Position numbers and translations under genes: made by a program. This document shows, one piece after another, positions 47,101 through 56,100 of a stretch of 64,000 bases of DNA (positions are counted from its first letter, which is position 1; each line of letters begins with the position of its first letter). A model generated the notes under the pieces. The model was given only the letters and a program-made list of their open reading frames with translations, ran no database searches and had not been told where the DNA came from. The stretch comes from Patescibacteria group bacterium (lineage in GTDB: Bacteria; Patescibacteriota; Microgenomatia; UBA10105; UBA927), in the NCBI GenBank assembly GCA_038063875.1, contig JBBTUH010000028.1:17046-81045 (forward strand). Reading direction: 5' to 3'.

Positions 47101-50100
47101 GTATGTGTGCTTCAAGTGCTGTGTGAATCGTGTTAAATGATAATTTTGCTTGTTCCATAGCTGCCGCACGTTGTTCTAATTCTTGTAGTTTTTGTGGCGC
47201 TATCACGGTCGCTACATTCGGTCGATAAATGGTGGCAGTCGACAAATTAATTACATTTCTGTTTCGTTGTATAAATGCTTGTTCTGTACTCCCATTTCGT
47301 ATCGATAACCCTTGTGGAAATAACAATACTGCACTATTTGATGGATCATACTTTAGAGTCGAACTATCAGCTCCGCGTGAAAAGAATACGTCAGTAGAGT
47401 TTGCTCTAAAAGCATATGCAAAATCTGCCGGATTATCGATCCGTAAATTATAGGTATTTCCATCTGATGCAACATAACGAACCACATCCCCTGTTTTTAA
47501 CCCATCTGTTATGTTTACAATGCTGAGCGCTTGATATCCTGTTCCTGTCACAGACTCATTTTTCATTGCAGATGCCCGCGCAAGTACCGCTATATTTAAG
47601 CTCTGTTCTGCTTTTACCAGTGCAGCAAGAAGTACGGCTGGGGCAGCAAGGGTGTTACTGGTTGGACTTACTATTGCACCCTGTGGGACAGGCTGATCTA
47701 TGGGTATTTTGGGCACTTGTGCCCGTGACGGGACAAATTTTACTAGATCTTGAGGCTTCAAAATTGTGGGTATAAATGCTTGTCGAAATGCTTGCCAATT
47801 TTTGGCGATAAACTGTCCAAAGACTAGGGCTCTACTTGGTTGTGTCGCATTTGTAGCTTGCTGTAGTCGTGTTTGCTGATATGCAAGTACTTTTTGTAAC
47901 GGTGCCTCTTCAAGGCTGGCGATCAGTGGCGCCGTGATAGCCTGACTCATCTCTTCTACAAGCGCTTTTTTGTGCTCTACATCTCTCACTTTATCTAAAG
48001 CACCATCAGAAAACGTTACTATTTGCCCTATGTTCGCCTCCATCGCGATACGCAAATCAGATTGTGCATTTTGCAATGCTTTATTCTTAAATATCACACC
48101 GGAAGCAAGCAATATTTGATCTAGTGCTTTGATAAGCGTTTCTTTCTCTCCTTTTGTTTGATCTAAAATAGTCGCCTTGGCTTGATCACTCTGCGCATTC
48201 GTACCCATGAGCCCAACTTGACGCGACACTGCATTTTCATACGTAACCATGGCTGCCGCTGCGATATTGAGCCCTGCTACAGATAATTGATTAATATTTT
48301 GTATACCAGATTTTGTCAGTGAGGATTTTATGCGCTTGATTGCGTCCGCTTTCAGCGCATCTGTGATTTGCGCATCTGTACTATTTGCTATGGGTGCAAG
48401 AATGGTCTCAATTTGAGCTATTTGTGTATTCAATTGTTCTAATTCAGGTGAATCTGGCAGAGCTAAAGATTTCTGAACTATAAACGTCTGCTGTCGCACG
48501 ACTAGCCTCGATCGCTCTTGTTGGGCAAGGGAGAGTATGTGTCGTTCTTCTGGGGTTATAGATTTGCCTGAGATTGCTTTCTCCATCACCGTTTTCGCTT
48601 GACCTATCGCATCTACAGCGACTTTTGTAGACTCCACACTTCGTGCCGCAGCTGCTCGTTCTAGCTGCGCAATTTGCTCACGCGTGGATGTTTGTGGTGT
48701 TTGCCGACCCTCACGGCCTATGGTAGCTGCGATATCTGACTCAAATATCGCTTTGTTTATAAGTGCTGTTCTATCTGTAATGCGTGTCGCTCCCTGCAAA
48801 CTTGGCCGCACAGTGGACTCCGTGGGTGATCCAGCTTGAAGCGCTATTGGGACATCTTCATAGTTATAAATATTTTTTAGATAATACTCACGCACTTGTA
48901 TAGGTAATTTTGTAAATTCGGGGGTCGAGCGAATGCTGTTTATAAAATCGCGGGTCCGTGTAGCTGCTTTTTGAATAGCGACTGTACCTACTTGGGACGA
49001 TTCCGTAAGTGCATCGTTTACTCCTCCCACCTTGTCAAACTGCAACTTTAATCCATCAGAAAGAGACATTTCTCTTCCTTCATAATTCATCGTAAAGTCT
49101 TCCCCACCATATTGCTTCACCATTTTAGCCAATGAATCAATCGTATTTTTGACCATGTCAGAGTACCCATGGATCAAACTATTCGTAATTGAAATTTGTG
49201 TGCTGGCTGTTTCATTGGCAAGAAGTCGACTCCCTGCCTCCTCCAAAGCAATTGGTGTTAAACCATCTGCGGCTTGTCCATCAAGAAGATACACAGTGGT
49301 TTTTTCAGGTATTTCTCGAAACCTTCCAATACCTTGTGCGGCTGATGTTTGTGTGAGCGTTTTCGAGCTTCCAAAAAGATACGATGCGTCAGAGGGTGTG
49401 AATACACCTTGAATATCGGTCCCTCTTCCAGACCCTTGATCAAAAATCATGACAAACTTCTTGCCTGCTCTATTTTTATACGCGTATTCTTCTTCAAATC
49501 GCTGTATTGCCGTTTTTTCATTGTCCCCAATAATAGTTCTTTTTATTTTTCCATCCTGATCATAAAAAACTACTTTTTCATTTTCCGCAATATTTGTATC
49601 ATTATTTATTACGATCATTTCTACATCATCACCTAATGCGTTTGTCTTTTTTCGAAGACTTTGCAAGGTTATTTCTTTTGAATAATCTGGCATCTCGAGT
49701 ACAATTCGAGCGACACCCTCTGTACCTAATTCAATATTCGCATTGTCTACATCTTTTGCCCCAAACCATTCCGAATACTTAACGGGTTTTGTACTCTCTG
49801 AGCCAAAAATCTGAATAATAGATGTGAGTTTTTTTACTCCCGGAACGACAAGTTGCATATCAAGCGATAATTGAGCATCCAAAATAATGCTCTCTGGAGT
49901 ACCGGTAAATCCATACAGTCTATCTGCATAATGTCCCGTTCCAAGAGTCTGTTTCCATGATGAAGATTCTCCCTGAAGGGATACCGTGACCTGATCGATA
50001 AAGGCATTCGCTTGATCATGGGTAAAAGGCTTATTGCGCAATGAATTTTTTATCATTTGGCCAACAGTATCAAGTGCTAGTGCTTCATAGAGCGCTTGTG

Positions 50101-53100
50101 GCCGAGTATTTTGAAGCCTCCCTGTCCCGTCGCCGTACACCAATATGCCTTTCGGATCGAATCCATATCCACTTGTTGATCTACTTGATTGCTCCACAAT
50201 AGCATTTACTACTCCCGCTCTATCACTAAATTCTCCTTTAAATTCGCTTGAAGCTTCGTTTCCTTGATGATATTTTTCAAGTGCGGCTATCACCTCTCGT
50301 GAATTTGTCCGAGGATTTCCTGCCTCGTCATGGGTAATAGCATTCTTCTGCAAAAATTCTTCTACTGTTTGTGTGTCTCCTTGCGCCCTCGTCTTTTCAA
50401 ATGCTTGCCTTGCTGCTTCTAGGACTAAATCTTTGTACAATCCTTTTGCCAAATCTGTATCTGCAAGGGAGACGCTTTGTCCTTTTTGTACAAAAAGATC
50501 CTCTCCTATAGATCCTCCATTTTTCACGGTGCTCGCCTTTTCTATGAAATTTTTCGCTAAATCAGAATTAAATACGTCTCGATATTTTTGCGTTCGTATG
50601 GGATCATAGTCAGCTGCCAATCGTGAATCACCGCCGGAAGAAAACTGCATGCTATTTGCGATCACATCAAACTCGTCGATAAGAAGCATGGCTCCTTTTG
50701 TCCCCTCTCGAAACCCTTGCGTGAGAAGATCAGCATTTCTAGAGGCATGAAACTCATAAGGGGTCTCCAGCGTCGGGCTGTAAATGATGTCTGCATCGGA
50801 AAGTATTTGTTTGGCAAGTACATCATTTTGCCCATTGGTGATCTTATGAATACCTTCCGCATCGGCATAAATAATTTCTCTTCCCGAAGGATTGTAATAC
50901 ACTGCCTTTACACCGTTTTTATGGTGTACTAAAGGACTGTAGTCTTTCATCATACCCAAAACATCAGCCCACGAAGTAGCAAGAACGTTTACTTTCGCAC
51001 CGGTGAGCTTTACTTTTGCATCAGCAATTGCATTAAGAAGAAATGCAGATTTTCCTAAACCCGTCTGCCCGTTAAACAAAACACCTTTGACTGAACCAGA
51101 TATTTCCGTATCAAACAATGCTTTAATAAAAATTTCTGACTGATCTACTCGGGTCAAATGATCAGGCCCAATCATTTCGGAAATTCTTTCCTCTGTGGCT
51201 GTCGATAAATTTTCTTCTATTTTCTTTAAAAAGCTCGATGCTTCTTCAAGCATTTGTCTCGCTGCTTCTGTAGGCGGCCTACCGACGCCTGATTCTTTTG
51301 CCTGATTATCAATCAACTCTAGCTGTTTCTGCGCATTTCGCTCAATATGAAACCCTTCATTCTTCATCACATCTGCAACAACTGATAACTTACCAAGCGT
51401 GTTTGCTATCGCAACTTGCTTTTCAATCGATATTTCCTTCGGTCCAAACCACTTATATCTAAGGCTTGATGTATACGTCTTATCTTTTGCGTTTGCGATT
51501 GCCAACGCCTCATCGGCTTTCACCGTCAGTTCTTTTATCGCTTTATCAAAGGACTCAATATCTTTTGTTTGTTCAGTGGTTGGAGCTCCTCCTGCCTTTT
51601 CTACCAATGCACGTCTATTGGCAACAGCATCAGTCACCAAAGTAAGTGCGTCTGTATACTCAAGTCGCGCAGTATATACTGCCTCACGAACAGATTTCCC
51701 TGTTATAGCATCACTTATTGCTTCTCGAATCGGCTTCGTCGCCAAATCAAATCTTCCTCGCAACGAGCCTGCCTTAGCCAGCTCTGCCTGTTTTGCTATA
51801 ACCTCTCCACGTATCTTTGCACTGTTTTGTGACAATGATTGCATTTCTTGTGATTTATTATTTGCTGCAGCTACAGATCGCTCAGCTATACCTTTTGCAA
51901 ATATTCCATCCGCTTCAAGTTTGTTGAGCGATTCAAGCGCTTCCTTCGTGCGCGCGAGCATGCGTTCCGTTTCTTTAATTACTGATTCTGGCTGATTTGC
52001 ACGCGCTTTTAATTCTGCCAAATAGTCACTTGTTGCTTTGAGTGTTTTTTCATATGTTTCTTTCACCTTTGGCAACTGCGATGGATCCTTAATCACTTCA
52101 TTTTCTATAAGAATTTGGGTTTGTTTGGCTTCCACGTCGACAAGTCCATCCTTTCCTTCTTTGCCATACTGCAATTCTCGAATAGCTTGTGAGATCGTTC
52201 GCTCAATCGGTGTTTTCCGCGCTTCTATGGCAAGAGCTTTTGTAAGTTCTGTCGCTTGCAGTGCCGCAAGATATTTAGAAGACGTATTGCCCTCGGTACT
52301 TGCTATAGCTGAAAGTTCTTTGGCAGCGAGTCTATATGCCGCGAGTTCTTTCGTTTCTCTACCCGTCAATCTATCAAGAAGCGACCGATCAGGAGCACTC
52401 AGCGCTACTTTTTCCGCATTGTAACTCTGCTCTGCTGCTCGCACTGCCAATCGTGCTGATTCAACTTTTTGTATTGCCAACACTTGCTCAACCGGCACGA
52501 GCAACCCTGCTTGATTTTCAGTTTCACCCGTAGAAATAGTTCTCTTTACTACACCATCCGCATCTACAAATCGTTTTAAGACCTCCAAACTTTCCAAAAG
52601 GTTTTTGCCCACGACGGTTTGTTTGGCACTCGAATCATTCGCAAGCTGTTTTGAGAGCTCGAGCAGTTGATACGTCTCCCGCGCGACCGCATTTGTCGTA
52701 ATTCCGAGCCTGTTATTCACTTCAGACTGCATGCTCAATCTCGTCGCGTCTGTTATTTCAATTCCACCTATTGTTAATTTCTGGCCATTTTTCCAATTAA
52801 CAAGCGCTACCTTGTCCGCTATCGCTTGTGCCTGCTCAATATAGGGATTTTCTATAGTAGTAGGTTTACCAACGGCTTGTGTCTGTGCCAACTGCCCCTT
52901 AGAAAGCCCCGCCATCATGATAGTCGTTGCACATTGCTCAAACGGTACGCTTCCCGCAGCCGCTGCCGCACACGCGACTGCAGCTTGCCCGGTGTTTGTG
53001 TATAAATCCAAGCGTCCGATCGCTGTATTTGTCGTTTGCGAAATTATTGGTGACCCTTTTGGAACAAGGCTTGCAAGCCCTGTCACCGCTCGAGCACCCA

Positions 53101-56100
53101 TAACGGTTGCCATGCTAATGGAAAGCGCACAGTCGACCGTCAAGCGTCCTGCTTTACCACATGTGTCTGCTGCATTTAACGTAAATACTGTTGTTCCGAG
53201 TGCGTCACGGCCAATATGTGCAGCAGTGCTTTCGATAGGACTATATACATTCCGTATCAAACCACGTACGACATCGTCAGAAGAAGCGATAATCGCCTGT
53301 GCTGACAACCCTTCAGCATCTGCAAATGTTCTGAGTTTTAACACTGCATCATCAGCAGGAGCTATACGCGCGAGTATTTTTGCACCGCGTGAAGTTTTTG
53401 CCACAGCATCAGTCACAATACCGACGCCTGCTCCCGTTTCTACTGCTGCAGTACGAGCTAACGCGTTGACAGCTTTTAACCCAGAAAGTGATGACCATCC
53501 TGCAAACGCAGTCATACCAATAGATCTTCCACATGCCCAACCGTCCATACCTTGATACCATGTACACGCTTCTGTCGTGTCTTGCAGGCTTGTTCCCGTC
53601 ATATAAATTCCCATTGCATTTCCTGCAATTGATAAACCAGCTGTAGATACAATTCCTGTGCTAATTGCGCGAACAAGCTGAGCTCCGGGAAGAGCTATGG
53701 ATAAAAGTGTAGCTGTGGGTTTAGCAGCCTGCATGGTGTAACCACGAACTTGATCCCAAATTTCTTGGCCGCAATTTGAATTTTCTTTTACCTCATTCCC
53801 GCTGCATACTGCAAAAACATGCGCATTCTCTTTCAGTAGCTGGCCCTTGAGAAATCCACCATTTTCAAATTTGTTAAGAGCCAAGGCAGCGCTAACTAAT
53901 GGGCTATTCTTTTTTAAATCAGAAAGTGCTGCAGATGCCGCTACTGCGTCGTAGGTTCCATCCAACACTTTCTCAAACGTAATATCGACCCCTCCTGATC
54001 CCATAAGAAACTGGAGCTCTTGATCCCGAAGAAGTGCCGCCATCTGTATTTTTTGCTGCTCTATCGGTAACGTAGACGTAGTTTTGTTGTTCTCAAGATA
54101 AGAAGAAGCAATGATATCCGCCTGCTGATCTAAAAGAATCGACTTTTTTGCATCTATAGCTTCTGTGTATGCACGATTACGATAGTTTGCAGACGCACCA
54201 AACTGTCCTGTCACAGACGCTAACTCTGATTTGTATTTCTCTTGCCAAAGCGCCATTTCCTGTGCATACGTGTCTATATTTACGCCGCTTAGCGCTGCTC
54301 GTTCAAGCCACTTGGGATCAAAGGCTGCAAACCCATCTTTATTTTCTATGACATATCCGTACCCAGCGCTCATCCGGTCGGTCTCTGTATAGGCAGCAGC
54401 CACATTGTGCACCATATACTCGTATACATCGTCTTTTTTAGGATCAAGCGCGGCCGTTTTTTTCCACGTTTCAAACGCTTCCTTTTTTTCAGGATCTATA
54501 GCTAACTGCACCTTGTATTCAGAGAGCGCTATTGTAGCGTCGCTATACCGTATGTCTGCAGCTCGCAGTGCTGCGGCATCAAGATCCACTTGCGTTCGGA
54601 ATCTCTGGCTCAAAAAGGTATCGGGGTTTGCAAAGAAAACTGAACTAATCTTTACTCCTGCATCGATATTTTTATATTCCTCAATTGGTTTTATTTCTCC
54701 ATTCTTAATTTTTTCTATAAGCGCCGTCTCGCTATCCGTATCATTTGCCCGTACATATCCTGCAGCTTCAAATTTAGGTTTATGATTCAGATAAAATGAT
54801 AATTCTGATACCAGAGGGTCTTCTGCTGGAAGATCCGAAAAAATGCCTTTTGCCTTATTGTCTGCCACAAATTTGGTCACACTCCACCGATCAGCAGACC
54901 ACGCTTGCGTGCTTCGAACAAACGTGCTAAAAAAGTCATTTCCCTCTCGAAGCACTGGTTTGACTCCATCATCAGGTTTACCACTTCCAAACCAACCACC
55001 GGTAAGTACAACATCATTTTTTATGACAGGGTGCAACCGCTCTAGTTCTGCAATTGGATCCAATTGCCCTTTCGCAATCTTATTTAAATTCGTTTCAAGA
55101 TTGCCGGCGTTCTCCCATTCAACACGCAGCAAACCTATAGCCTTCTGTACCTCTGCGTCATACGTTTCACGAGAGGTGTCTTTTCCTTTATTTTTTGAGT
55201 CATTCTTCCAGTCTTCATATGAGACGTTCTGTGAACTACGCTCATTTAACGCCGTAACAAACGCTTGATCTTCTTTTGATAAAACTGCGAACACCTTTGC
55301 TGGGCGAAGATTTCTATCAGTGATTGTTCCCGCGAGTGCTGCCACTGCCGCCTCTGTAGTAGTAAATCGCGTTGTTGTAGAAATTTTCCCATCTTTTTTT
55401 GCCTGATTAAACGCATTCAGAATAGCTGCCTCATCTTTACTACCCATAAGTAATAGTTGTGATAACTGCAAATCATAAAGCCTGCTATTCACCGCACCAA
55501 GTTGGGTCGGCGCATTCTTTTTTGTAAAGTCTACAATCGTTTTGGTGACAAATTCAGGCTCACCACACTTATTCTTGTCCATTGTTGCAGTGACAAGCAT
55601 GCCGCAGAGAAGTCCCTCTACGCCAGGAGAGTCTTTATCAAGCATTGCAAGAAATATATCTGCACGCTGTGTCGCCACTTTTGCTGCTTCTGCAGCACCC
55701 AATAGTGGCGTAAGCTTCTTTTCAACTATATCTTGCGCAGTCTTAGTAGTACATTTCGGATCACCGTTACATAATCTTGTATTACTTTCATACAACGCGG
55801 TATATTTTCGCTGCTGTTGATATCCTTGATCAAGAATTTTTGCGATTTCTGCTTTTTGCTCCTCAGTCGTGGAAGAGGAGGCACTAACCTGCGCTCGTAC
55901 TTGCGCTTGAAGTGTTGACAACTCTTTTGACACATTTTGACAAGGATTTTCTGCTACTCCTCCTCTTCCTTTTATTGTTGATGGCTCTATTAAAGCCAAA
56001 CATTGCCCCATTTCTGCGTTTTTCAATACATATTCATACGTCAACTTCCCCAAAACAACCTCTTTATAATGAATTTCCCGTTTTTCTGCTGTATCCAAGC

